Shown: positions 51,690 to 64,000 of the stretch, one piece after another
Layout: each line of letters opens with the position of its first letter
How positions within the stretch are numbered: position 1 is the first letter of the stretch
Assembly: GCF_009834535.1 (NCBI RefSeq)
Contig: NC_045696.1
Location: forward strand, 2,792,001-2,856,000
Reading direction: 5' to 3'
Length of the DNA stretch: 64,000 nucleotides
Source: Camelus ferus
Taxonomy: Eukaryota
Notes under the pieces: model-generated
Database searches by the model: none
Told to the model about the DNA's origin: nothing
The model's input: only the letters and a program-made list of their open reading frames with translations
Made by a program: the position numbers and the translations under genes

Positions 51690-52150
51690 CAGGCCCTTTC
51701 TGATGTGACTTTGCAGCCCCCACATCAGGAGGGGGTTTCCTTCCCCACCCCTTGGATCTCGTTGACCTTGTGACTTGCTCTGGCCAACAGAACGTCAGCA
51801 GTAACAGTGCGCCAGCTCCATCCCTGGGCCTCATGAGGTTTTTGTGGACTTTTTCCCCTTCGCGCCTGCCGTCGTGCCTGCTGTGTGGATAAGCCCTAGT
51901 ACCATTCTGGGGGATGAGAGACCAGACAGAGCAGAGATGATCCATCCAGCCATCCTAGACCAGCTAGTTCTTCTAACCAAGCGGCAGGCCACAGACCCAT
52001 GAGCCAAGGCCAGCAACGCCAGAACCACCCAACTAAGACCAGCTCGAATGGTCAACCCGCAGAATCATGAGCTAACTAAATGCTTATTGTTTTAGGCCCC
52101 CAAATTCTGTGTTTGTTATGCATTAATACAGCAATAGATAATAAATACAG
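51690..52150 (+). mobile_element. MaLR MLT1-type LTR
   Basis: gtgactttgcagc...gtgacttgctctggccaacagaa...cagaatcatgagctaactaaatgcttattgtttta...gcaatagataa. Confidence 0.7.
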
Positions 52151-53609
52151 TTACCAAATAACACTGCTAACTCCTTTGAGGAAATTACCGAGACAGATGG
52201 TAGAAAACCAAATGACTCTCCATTTTTATCTAAGCTGTAAATGTAAATATGTCCTCATTGTTTTATAAATTTCAGAGAAGTGAAAACGTGGTTATAATTT
52301 AAGTAGCCACATTAAGAAATTTAAGGAAAAAAACAGCCAAATTATTCAGAACTAAAATTTGAGCAGTGAGTTTTGGGTAATAAGCTAAAAAAAATTAGAT
52401 AGTAAAATATCAAGGCATCATATTAATGTTGATAATTATAGTTTACTTATATATAACAGTGCTAATGATAAAAGCCACTTAAATAGTATCTTTGTAGACA
52501 CACATTAACCTCAGATAGCATACAACAAAATAAATTTAAGTAGCACCTCCAAGAGACACAAAAGGGAAGACTGTGAAAATAAAAATAAGCTGGAAAACAT
52601 TTCAATTTAGACTTCATTAGGATTAAAAAGATAAGGTATAGGTTATCATGAAATTTGATAAAAAAAGATCTGGAGGAAAATAAAACTTGCTGGCACAAGT
52701 ACTGTAAGAATTCAAAGTGTGATTTATCATCTCAAAAAGACCAAAATGATTAAGTTTCACCGACATCTGACAGAAGCACAGATTTTTAAGTTTTCATTTG
52801 TATGTGCTCTGTCTTGTGATGTAATGCATGATTCCTCGTAAATCTTTATTATTTGGTCTCCAGCTACACAAAAATTGTAGTTCTTTCTCAAGGTTGTAAC
52901 CTGTCACGTGAAGGCAGTGAAGCTTCACGGCCAGTTTAAATAGGCATATTACAGTTAGTTGTATCTGTTAGAATGTGTTTTATGGAACGTCTTATGTCAG
53001 CCATGACTGTAAAGGAAGCATAATTTGCTCGCGAGCCTGGCTGATGCCTGGAGGCCCCTTTCTAGGATCTCTGTGGTCTTGGTTCTTCTCCTACCCAAAA
53101 TAGAAACTGTAAATTCACCTGCATGCCTGGAAAACACCCCAGACCATGAGTATGGACTTTCACTGTGCCGGCTGAGTTAGCTGAATAGAAATGATGTTTA
53201 TAGCAGATTCATTTTCAGAAACACCGTGAAGGCTCCTGTTTCCACTGGATACTGCCCAGCGTCAGCCCCTCCATTGAAGCTCCCTCGCGCTGGCTCTGTG
53301 AGCTGTCTGCTTTGCTCCTGCCCCTTCCTCCCTACTCCGCCAGCCCTCTTGTTCTTTGTTCTGTGATAAACAGATTGTCTTCCATCTTCTGCCTCCATGA
53401 AGGCCCCTTTAACCCCATTGCCTTTAAGGAAGCCCGGCTTTCCCCAAGCATTCTGCTTTGCCAGAAATAGCTACCTTAATGTTTGGGTGTAAATTCATCC
53501 TTGAGTCAAATCGGAGGTGGAGTTTGGGTCAGCATTCTAGTTTCCTATGCCTCATGCCTATCATAATTCTTTCACTCTTATGCAAAAACAGGTGATCCTT
53601 TAAGACAGT

Positions 53610-54330
53610 TGATTAGTTGTTCCATTTATTTATTTAGCAAATATTAATTGAGCTCTGACTTCATGCCCGGTGCTGTGCTGCAAGCTGGGGCATTGGGGAC
53701 CCACCAACTTAGGAATCAGTCCCTGCCTTCATGGCATTTGTAGTCTGGAGACAGACATTAAACAGATTAACAGATGCTGCAGATGGAGATAATGGAGAGT
53801 CAGGAAAGGCTTTCCTGATTAAGTGATGTCTCCACTGCGTGAAATGGGGTGATGTAATTAACTAGGGGCAGTAAAGTGACAGGGTGTGGGGAGAACACTT
53901 CTGGCTAAAGAATAGCACGTGCTAAGACCCCGTGGTTAGTAAGCGCATTGTGCCAATGAACTGGAGGGGCAGTCAGAGCTAGCGCACGGACAACAAACCG
54001 GGCGTGGTAGGGAATGGGGCTGCGGTGTAGGTAGGAGCCAGACCACATGTATTTCATAGAGGAAGATTACGATTTGGATTATGTACTAAGGCCAACGAGA
54101 AGCCTCTTGTTGATTTTCTGCAGGGGGATGGAGTGATTGGAATTGTGTTCTGATAAAGCTCTCTCTGGCTTTAGCGTGGAAAGTGGATCTGTGGGGTCCG
54201 TGGGAGGGACGAGGCGGAAGTAAGACCAGCGAGCAGCGGGATTGCTGTGGTCTGTGCCGTGGCGGAGGCCATGGAGATGGGGCGTCCAGAAGGGTTTAGT
54301 GATCAGATGAGCAGTGTGGTATGTGGGGGC
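53610..54330 (-). mobile_element. L2 LINE fragment
   Basis: catttatttatttagcaaatattaattgagc...tgcccggtgctgtgct...gtccctgccttcatgg...gtcaggaaaggctttcctga. Confidence 0.7.
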
Positions 54331-54449
54331 GGCGAGTCCCGAGAAATCATCCCGCGTGACTCCCTGGAAAAGAGCCCCATCTTGGATTGAAAAATAGCAG
54401 CTGAGAGGCTTTGCGTTTCAGGCGTGTCCCGCTAACCTAAGTGCAGGGG

Positions 54450-55270
54450 TTACGCGGGCTCCCCCCAGCGACCTCAGCTCGGAGCCCTCCTCCGAACGCA
54501 CCCGACACCACGTCCCGGACCCGTATACAACTCACACCCTCTCGTTTCTTGAAGGAATATTTACTAAGAGCCAAGTCGCCCAGCCACAGGCTGAGAGAGA
54601 CCCAGAACCGGCCCTGCCCGGTCCGGAGGCAGAGACGAGCACTAAACAAGCAAGTGTATTCCATCCGGACAAATCTGTTCCACGACCAACCGGAGCCACC
54701 AGAGCGCAAACGCCGGATGGGAGGATGAAGCGAGAGAGCGCCTTCTGCGCATGCCCGGGACTGGCGCGCCCGCCGGACTACGCCACCGCGCTGCGTATGC
54801 GCGTGACGTCACTAGCCGGCGCCCGCTGGAAGAGGCGCTGAGCGGTGCACGTGGGTGGCGGCGCGGCGGGCGGGCACATGGCGAGTTCCGCGGGGCTGGA
54901 GCTGTGCGGACATGCGCTGGTGGTGCGGGGCGGCAGCCTGTTTATGGCCACTTCCACTTCGAGCAGGTGAGGGGTCTGGGCATGGAGCAGGCGTCCAGGC
55001 CGCGGTTGTGCCCCCGCGCCGCCTTCGGGTGACCCCGCCCTGGGGTGACCCCGCGGAGCTCCGCGGCTGCCTGCAGCCCTTCTCTCAAGACCCGCCCAGG
55101 GCGCTCCTTGCCCCGATTCCTGGGCCCCGCGCCCTGGGTGGCCGGTCTGCAGCGCTCTCCGCGGGGTCAGCGCCGGACACTTCCGGTTTCTGCGGGGGCC
55201 GGGTCACCGGGGGAAACGCGGGCCTGGCTGGGCCAGTGCGGTGTCTAGGGGGTGCCGGTCAGACCCGGTC
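54450..55270. promoter_or_regulatory. WDR4: WDR4 CpG-island promoter
   Basis: CpG-rich; NRF-1-like TGCGCATGC at 54746, full CRE TGACGTCA at 54804-54811, E-box CACGTG at 54848-54853. Confidence 0.85.
54878..54966 (+). CDS. WDR4: WDR4 coding exon 1 (tRNA m7G46 methyltransferase non-catalytic subunit)
   Basis: cacATGG; MASSAGLELCGHALVVRGGSLFMATSTSS(S)|gtgagg; 89 nt, phase 2. Confidence 0.93.
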
Positions 55271-56470
55271 TGGTGTGTGAGGAGAAAGGAAGCCGTTGAC
55301 CTCCCATGGAGAGAGGGGTTTACTCTCAGGAACGTGTTCGGCGCACTCCTTGTCGCCTCCTTCTTGCGGTGGTGCCTGTTCCCTCATCCCCGCCACATCC
55401 AAAATCTACCCGCCCGACTTGCCCTTCAAGGCCGGAGGGTCTTATCCCTAGTTTCCCGCTCCTTCCTTATCGTTCCCTGGATATTTAAAGTCAGTAGATG
55501 TTTGTTCATCGAGTAGTCTTGGCCCAGGAGCCTCGTGTGTATTAGCAGCAGTCAGTTTCTGCCCTCTGTTTTCTTTTCCTGGGTAGGGTTGATTCTCTCA
55601 AACTTGAAACAGACGGTATGTCTGTCAAATGTAAATGTGTTCTCTTGTGCTCTCTGTTCACCGTTTGGTTTCAGAAATACAATTCCGTGTTAAGTTTAGA
55701 CTTCACAAATTTATTCATAAGCCTGTCGTTTGTCCCAGATTATTTTGCTTTAGAGCCTCCTGGTGTCTTAACACATGCCACAGTGAGACATGGGCAAATG
55801 AGACCTCATCTGCTTGCTTCAGTAGACCTTTTGAGGGAATCTGGTGGCTGGCTGGCAGTTTCTGACTTGGAGGACTACTCCTCTTTCTGCACTACAGTGT
55901 TCACATGAAAAGAGTTTGGCTGCAGTCTCTTATGCCTATAAATTTGTACCAAGATGTCTCTGCCAGGCACTGGGGTGGGGGGGCTTGGGGTCTAATAGGG
56001 AAGATGGGTGGTTTCTATATTGGTAAGTGCTTGGCAGCCATGGGAACTTTTTGGGGGGCAGATGAGACATTTTTCTAAACAAGAAATGGCAGTTTTAAAC
56101 TTGAGTGCAAAAGACCCACTGAAAATTCAACATCAGAACATGCTTTCTTCTAACCTAACCATCTTGCACAGGTTTTCTGGTGCATGAAAAAACAGTATTA
56201 TTACTTCCTGTTGAGTTTTTGTCCTCATTTATTTTACTTACCTGATGGACAGAACCATGCTAGTTATGTATGGCAAATATAAGTAAGTTAAGCAAATAAA
56301 GCTCCTTAGCTGTTCCTGAAATAACATATGGAGACAGTTTCTTGTGGATAAGCTCCTTAGTATGGAAATACTTTTTTGGTCCAGGCCAAAAAAAAAAATA
56401 AAAAGAAAAGAAATGACCATTTTTATTAACAAAGTGCTTCCCTTAAAATATTTTTGTTATTTTTCTTTAG

Positions 56471-56536
56471 TGATGATGACAGCCTCTTCATATATGATTG
56501 CAGTACTGCGGAAAAGGAGTCACAAGAATATAAAGG
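56471..56536 (+). CDS. WDR4: WDR4 coding exon 2
   Basis: ttttctttag|T DDDSLFIYDCSTAEKESQEYK(G)|gtgaga; 66 nt. Confidence 0.93.
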
Positions 56537-57300
56537 GTGAGATGACGGGGAAGCCTCTTCAGGGCTGGTTCGCAGTCCGAGGTTTGAGTCATGGGCCCAT
56601 ATGGTTTTAAGAAGAAAATCGCTGTCTTACTTGCGGGTTCTTCATTTCTGTCACTGCTGCTGTGTGGGTAGACCAGGTGCCACTCAGGAAGGAAACGTGG
56701 ACTAACTAACGTTCAGATTAGGCATTAGGAATGTTAGCACTTTTAAAAATACTTTAAGTTCTTTTCTGCCAGTGATTAATTATTTTACTGGCACTTTGAA
56801 ATGACACAGTGCAGTTTTTAATACATTGACAGCAGGTATGTATTATGTAATATACAATGTATTATGAAATTAACTGGAGCTAGGTGAAAGTTAAAAAAGG
56901 CAGAGTATGATCATTTTGTGTGGTGGTTTTCTTCAGAAGAATTGGTTTTGTGGCCCAGTTTATTACTTTTTTTTTTTTAATATGACTTAATTCCTGCCTC
57001 TAGTCTTGGACTAGTTCATGTCGTGAGGGAGTGGGTCATGTGATCTCTGAGGGTCTTTCCAGCACAGCTCTTGGGATTCTGGTGTCTGTGCTGAGAGATT
57101 TTCCCGTTTCATTAACTTTTCTCCTTAAAAGGTAGAGTGACCTTTAACTCCTCCATGACCCTTTAATACGTTTTATACTCTGGCTGCACAAACCTCTTAC
57201 CCTTTCTACCTCTGCTCACGTTATAAACACACAGGGCTGGCCTGTGGGGTGCAGCCTTGCTTGCTCGGAGAAGTCCTGACCTGTCTCCTCTCTTTCTCAG

Positions 57301-57444
57301 GGCCGACGGACAGCCCGAGGATAAGGGGACTGACACGATTCTGGCGTCCACCTTCTCCAAGTCTGGCAGCTATTTTGCTTTAACCGATGACAGTAAGCGT
57401 CTGATTCTTTTCCGTACAAAACCATGGCAATGTCTGAGTGTCAG
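57301..57444 (+). CDS. WDR4: WDR4 coding exon 3
   Basis: tctttctcag|[48 protein letters not shown](R)|gtatga; 144 nt. Confidence 0.96.
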
Positions 57445-60400
57445 GTATGAAATGCTAACATTGCATAATTATGATGTCGAACGCACAGCTTACACTTGCA
57501 TGCCAGTGACAGTAGTGACAGTAACGCTAGCATAAGCAGCTAACACGTAGCACCGGTTATGTGCCAGCCACTGTTTTGAGTGTTTGACTTGTGATGACTG
57601 ATTTAATCCTCGGGCCGGCCTGTGAGCGTCTGGCTGTGTTCTGGAAGGTCCTAGAGCCACTGGGGTACCTTGAGGACATGCAGGCTGATTGTTTCTGCCT
57701 GGGCTGTGGATGCCTCATGATGTACAGAGCTCTGATTGCCCTCCAGGGGCATCGTAAATCCATACCTGACCCTCTAGGTTGGCAAGGGGACCTGGGCAGT
57801 GATCAGAGGCCCTGAGGGGTCAGGCCGGGGTCAGAGGAGACCCTGGGGGTCTTCCGGGACTGAAGGGCGTGTTGGAGGCACACCTGGAGCCGGTGGTGGA
57901 AAGGCCACTGCTGGCCAGCACTTGGGAAAGGGTGGAAACTGCCTGTGGTCCTGTCCTGGGGGTCTGCACGAGTTTCCTTGACCCTCTCTCGCGATGGACA
58001 TTTCTCACTTGCGTTTCACTTATTTTGCTCTTTCAAAAAGTGCTTCAGTGAATTATCATGTACAGATAAAATTTTTCTCATTTATCTGAACAAGTTGCTA
58101 AAAATGAATTGCCAAGTCTAAAGACAGGTGCATCTGTAAATGAGGTAGATGATCACACATTGCCTTCCCAGGGGTCTTCCCTTCACCCCTAGAGCGTCGG
58201 AGTGCCTCCCTGACCCCTGCCCACGACAGCGCTGAGTAGCTCCCAGCCTTGGGCTCGGGCAGCCTGATGGAAGGGAAACGGCCTTGCGCGCTCTCCTGCT
58301 AACGCGTGAGGAGAGCAGCTTCTCAGCCTGAGCTCCTTGTGTCTCAGGAGCTGTCCTCTCTTACCGTTTGCTTTCCCACTGGAGTAGTGGCTCCTTTTTC
58401 ATTTGATGATCTGCTGGGGAACGTGGGTTTCCCTATTTGTGTTAAGTGAGTCCGTCTACAGCGGCTGCGCTCTCGCCCGGCCGTCTGGTGGTGTGGCGTG
58501 TGGAGCGGGAAACTGGATGAGCCTCTTGGTGCTGGGAACAGGGATGTCCTCGCAGCCTGCCTGCACCCCTGGGTCCTAATTCCCAGGCCTCTGCTCCTGG
58601 AGAGGGCACGCCCTGGGCTCCTGGGGGCTCTGACTGTTTTAGAGGGCTCTGGCACACTCGGGGTCTGACAGGGGAGGAGGGAGAGGCCCCGACCCATGTG
58701 GGTCCATGAGTCATCGGGCTGGTCAGTAAGAGAGTTTAGGCGAGGTCCCTTTGAGCACAGGGCAGGGAGGGTGTCCAGATGCCTGGTCACGTATGCACCT
58801 GGGTCCTGGGTCCCTCCTTGCCGAGGTCTGTGGGTGTCGGACTGAGGGGAAGACTGTGTTGGGGGCTGTTTCCACCTGAGACCTGGTAACACTCGGGTCT
58901 GTGCACATCAGCAGTCTTGGAGCCGGGCCTTTTTCCCTTTTAATTGGTGTGTTTGCCTTGGCTTTTAAATTGACATCTGCAGGGTAACTGCATAGGAAAG
59001 GCTTGCATCAGGTGGTACAGACGACAGACGGTGTCATTGATGAAGAGGAACCAGGTCACAGGCTCAGGGCCTCTGTCATGGTGCTTGGCAGCTGCTGGGT
59101 GGCGGGGTGACGGGCCCGGGCAGTGGGAGGGGCACACTTCTCCCGTTGCCTCTTCCTTTACATTTTCCCTGAGCTCAGCGCCTCGCCTCTCCGATTAAGC
59201 CTTTGGAGAAGGAGAGCAAGGTGAGCCTGCGTCTCGGTGGGGCGAGCTATGCCAGGGGGGTGAGCTTGTGTCACGGGGCGATGACGTGCACTGGGCGCCC
59301 CCCCTGCTGGTCCAGGACGTCATCCTCCCGCCTGGCGGCCCTTTACTGCTGGGGCTCGGGCCCCTCAGCACACCACCACCCTTGGCACATCTGATGTCCA
59401 GCTCAGGTCAGGGCTTTCCTGGACTCGCAGCTCACCTGCATCTCACTGGCGGGGCCCCCAAGTGGCTGCAGGACCCGCTTTCACCTCAGAGGCCTCTCGG
59501 CCCTGGGGGGCCTGAGGAGCCCAGCCTGGGCCGTGAACCGAGTGACTCGGTGGAGGGAGGGAAAGTGCTGAGGCCCCAGACCGTGTGCGGGCTAGAGATC
59601 GGTGCCCCCAGGGCCCCTCCCGCTGGAGCAGTGCAGCCAGCCCACCTACTGTCCTGTCCCACGACCTGCCCCCATCTGACCTGACGCCCTGGGACCCTGA
59701 CTCCCAAACCCGCTCCACATAGCTGAGCTGCATCCTGGAATCGTTGCCTGAATTTAGCCTGAGAAGTGGGAAGCACCCCTGCTGGCAGGGGGCAAGAGGG
59801 TGAGATTCAGAGTGCCACCGCGCCTCCTCGGTCCCCAGCCGATGGGAGGGGGCCGCCTGGGGCAGGTGCATGAGCTCATTGGGATCCACGCCCGTTTCTC
59901 CCGGAGGACGGTCCTAGGCTGGTGCCCCTGCCCTGCTTCCCCCCAGCCCTGAGCCATGCCCCGCGCAGCTGCTTGGTTACCAGGCAGTATGTGCGGACGT
60001 GTGGCTGCAGCGCAGCACAGGCCGTTTGTTTAAATTACAGCTCACCCCAAGAAATTCTGATTAAGTTGCCCTGGAGCCTAATTACCCCTTTTTGTCATTG
60101 TTTTCCTGGGTTTATCACGTTGCAGCCGCTACTGTTGCGGGGGCTGCACCAGCCGGAGAGCGGAGGCGGTTGAGCTGCAGCCGAGCCTGTGCCGGCGGGG
60201 AGTGGGGAGCACAGCCAGGCCTCCCGCCTGCTTCCCTGCCCTCCTGTCCCTCCTGAGAGCCCTGCGGGGGCCTGTGGGTCCTCGTGTTCGGGATGTCATT
60301 CCTTTATGTGTCAGTTTCCATTTCAAGCTAGCATCTGGAATTCCAGCTGCTGTGAGCTGGGTGCCGTCTGCACAGATGTGAATTTTTTATGGGGACGGTA

Positions 60401-61204
60401 GGTCCCCTCCCAGCCCTCGGGTGACCGGGAAAGCCAGGACTGGCTCTTCTGTGACGAGGCCCCGCGTGTAGATAAACATAAGGGTTTTGTGTTTTGTGAA
60501 GCAAAGGTCTCGGTTGTCTCTAGTGTAAAGTGAGAAATGGAGCTGCCTTGTTGTGGAGAGCACATTTCACAACTTGGGAGACATCCTAGTAGGAGTGGAA
60601 AGCAGTAACCAGGAGGGTACACGAAGCCCTGGCCCTGGAGAGTGGGCGGGCTGTGCGCCCCCTGATGCCACAAACCGGGCGTGAGCTGTCATCTTGGCCT
60701 CACGGCCAACATTGTTATTGGACTGGCTCACAGATGTGACAGGTCTTGCAGCTCCAGATTGAGAGTTTGAATTCGTGACTGTCCCTCCAGTCGTCCCCCG
60801 GAGGGTGGCCAGTGCAATCTCGCGGCCGCCCCGTGTTGTGTCCGCCCCGGCTCTTGGCATCGCAGCCTTCCCTGTGTTCAGGTGTCGCGTGTGAGCATCG
60901 TGTGGGGACCTGGGCCAGGCGCAGAAGCAGCCCTGGGTTGGCACGGAGGTCGGTGGGGTGGGAGGCTGCGGGGCGGGAGGGCCCCCTGGTGGCTGTGCTG
61001 TGGCTTTGCTGCTTGGAGCTCGTCTGGTGGCTGTGAAGCTGGACGCTGTCTTCCCTGGATGCCCAGAGGTCAGGGAACAGCCCCTGCCTTCTCTGAGGAC
61101 GTTGTCACAGTCACAGCCGAGGTGGGAGGGCTTCACGCTGGGCATCTAAATACCCCCTACCTCGGGTCTGCCGTTCCCGTGTGTTTGAAAGAAAAAAGTA
61201 TTAG

Positions 61205-61675
<471 letters not shown>

Positions 61676-62097
61676 TGAAAGGAGACGGTTGGGTTGGGGG
61701 CTGGCTGGGCGGTTCTAGACGTGAGGGCCGCCCAGGTCAGGGAGATGGTGTGGGCAGAGCTGGCACCCTAACCCCAGAGCCAGGAGCTGGCCCTGCCCAG
61801 AGGCCCCGAGAGGCCCAGTGAGGGCCGGGCTGCAGCCAGGGAGTGGCGGGGCTGTGGTGGGTACCTGCCCGAGCAAGGGTCATGAAGGACAGGTCACCAG
61901 GACTTGGTGACTGGTTGGACACAGGGACACGGGAAAGGGAGGAAAGGAAGGTGATCCTGGGGACGGGAGTGGGTGAGGGTGGGCAGGGGTTGTGCTGAGC
62001 AGACAGGTGCCCGGAAGCAACTGGCATGCAGATGGGGTGGGGGGCGGGGAGCTGGCTTCCTGACCTGTGGTCTGTCCCTTCTCACCCTTGTGCACAG

Positions 62098-62210
62098 GCC
62101 GTGAGCCCTGACGACCGCTATGTCCTCACTGCCGACCGGGATGAGAAGATCCGGGTCAGCTGGGCCACGGCCCCGCACAACATTGAGTCCTTCTGCCTCG
62201 GACACACTGA
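62098..62210 (+). CDS. WDR4: WDR4 coding exon 5
   Basis: gtgcacag|[37 protein letters not shown](E)|gtgagt; 113 nt; conserved Trm82-family ADRDEKIR motif. Confidence 0.97.
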
Positions 62211-63229
62211 GTGAGTCTCCCTGCTGCACGCCGTCCCCTAGGGAGGCTCAGGTCTGAGAGGCGGGTGGACCCCTCAGCTCGGGTGGTTGGTGGCTAGCGG
62301 GAGGCGCCTCCTGGGAGGAGGGGACCGGCCAGTGCAGCCCATGCCTGCATTTGTTTGCTTTCTGTCAGCAGGTTCCCTGCAGAACCTCCCTCCCCTGCTC
62401 AGAACCTGTTTCCCAGAGGTTGTCTCGCTGGCGCTGAGGGCTCGGTCCCCCACTCGTGGTCACTGCAGACGGGCTGGCCCTGCCACTGCTGGAGCCTGGG
62501 CCCCCTGCCCAACCCACCCTTCTCTGCTCAGTGACTGTCCCCGGAGGGCCTGCCCCTCCTGTCAGGGCCTGGCAATGGGCGGCGCTCAGTAGGGGGTGCG
62601 CTGAGGGCGAGGAACATGCTTCAGTAATTTAAAGGGTCTAAGAATCAAATCGTCGCTAAGGACCGAGGCGCTCGCTGGCTTTGTGACCCTGTCGCCTGGC
62701 AAGCGAGCGCTGGCTCAGGGATCGGATTCTGACGTTATGTGAGGGAGGCATTTCTGAAGAATACCGCCCTCTTCAGGCAAAAGAGTCATTACAGTTTGTA
62801 CAAAGGAGAAGTGCTTAGCTTGTTAATTGGCTGAAATGTTTTAAGTGACGTCATTTGAGGCAGTGGAAGAATTGGGGGGATTTAGCTTAGTTCTGAGATT
62901 GCTCCTGTTCCCTTGATTTTGAACGGAATGTAAAAACTGACCTTTAAGAAGGTCAGTGCTGGCTCGGTTCATACTTCATGACAGTGTATTTTGGCTTTTA
63001 TTCGGTTGTCTGGTAAATCAGCTTCCAGAGTCCCTATGACCCGCAAGCCCTCTGGCCCTCGCCCGGTGGCCATGTCCCTGAAGTGCGTGCGGGCGGCCCC
63101 TGAGTGGCCGGGGAGCAGCCGGGCCCGGGGTGACAGGGCGTGCTCCCCACGTGGTGACAGGCTGCTGCGGCTGCTCAGGGTTTCTGGGGGGTCCCCGCGG
63201 CACCGGCTCACCCCGTCTCTCACCCGTAG

Positions 63230-63290
63230 GTTCGTGAGCCGCATCCTGGTGGCGCCTGGCCACCCTGAGCTGCTCTTGTCCTCCTCCGGG
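63230..63290 (+). CDS. WDR4: WDR4 coding exon 6 (gene continues beyond window)
   Basis: cacccgtag|G FVSRILVAPGHPELLLSSSG|gtaagt; 61 nt; frame consistent with exon 5. Confidence 0.94.
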
Positions 63291-64000
63291 GTAAGTGCCC
63301 CCCTGCGCGCGCCCCGGGTCCTCTACCCACCGGCTACCAGCCTGTCTTTGTTCTCAGCTGTGGTTCCGAAGTCACCATGTCCCTCTCCTGGTGGCCGTCC
63401 ACTAGATGGTGCTTGTGGTCCTCAGTACTGGCTGGGGCTTGGTCCTCGCTTCCGGGTTGTGCGTGCGTGCGCGCCCGTGTGTGTGTGTGAGCGTGTGTGC
63501 GCACTGAGGCGGAACGGGTATGCCTGGAGTCTCTTCTGAGGGCTCGTTACATTTGTAACAGCACCGGGGTCTCAGTTCAGACAGCTAGTGGACACCCTTT
63601 GTGAATCCTGGAGGGACCGCGGGGCTGTGAGCACACGGAGGGCCCGAGGCACTTGGCCTTGGCGGATGTTCTGCGTAAGCACAGCCGCCGGGGCCTGAAG
63701 CTGGACCCGCTGGGTGACTAAGGCACGTTTCGCTAAGGAATAATCTTTGAAAGGCTCACTAAGCAGTCCTTTTGCTGAAGCGCAGGTGTTGAATTACTAA
63801 TAGGGCCTGATTCTTCCCTTCTTTTCAGAGGCTCTGCCCCCTCCCTACACCCTGCCTTTTTGTGCAGTAGCTTTTTGTGCAGCTCAGGGGCCTGGGGTGG
63901 GCCAGGAGGGGGGCCCCCGTCCTCTCCTTCCAGGGTTGGGGGCACCACTTCCCGTTTCCTTCATCACGTGTGGTTTCTCACGGGTTTTGCTTTCCTGCTC

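Noticed and set aside
38959..54878. Bidirectional promoter shared by NDUFV3 and WDR4
   Set aside because: The start codons are ~15.9 kb apart with separate CpG islands and repeats in between.

Overview
Mammalian genomic DNA, very probably a camelid (five copies of a tRNA-Ala-like SINE matching the camelid Vic-1 type). The region is syntenic with human 21q22.3, in reversed orientation. It holds three genes. (1) The CpG-island promoter and non-coding first exon of a minus-strand gene assigned to PKNOX1 (~2.3-3.75 kb). (2) The complete minus-strand NDUFV3 gene: 4 coding exons, 28549-38959, with a 1068-nt symmetric cassette exon giving 465-aa long and 109-aa short isoforms. (3) Coding exons 1-6 of plus-strand WDR4 (54878-63290, continuing past the window), head-to-head with NDUFV3. 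The rest is dense in transposable elements (L1, L2, MIR, MaLR/ERVL and ERV1-type solo LTRs, hAT-Charlie and Tigger fossils), several of them nested. I found no evidence for a new protein-coding system. The most interesting signals are regulatory: a perfect PREP1/PBX decamer plus CCAAT box straddling the PKNOX1 exon-1 donor (possible autoregulation), an upstream ATG in that exon, and a perfect 25-bp tandem triplication of an NRF-1-like motif between two duplicated GC-box/CCAAT modules in the NDUFV3 promoter. Gene, orthologue and repeat-family names come from recalled sequences, not from a database search; repeat boundaries are approximate unless a TSD is given.
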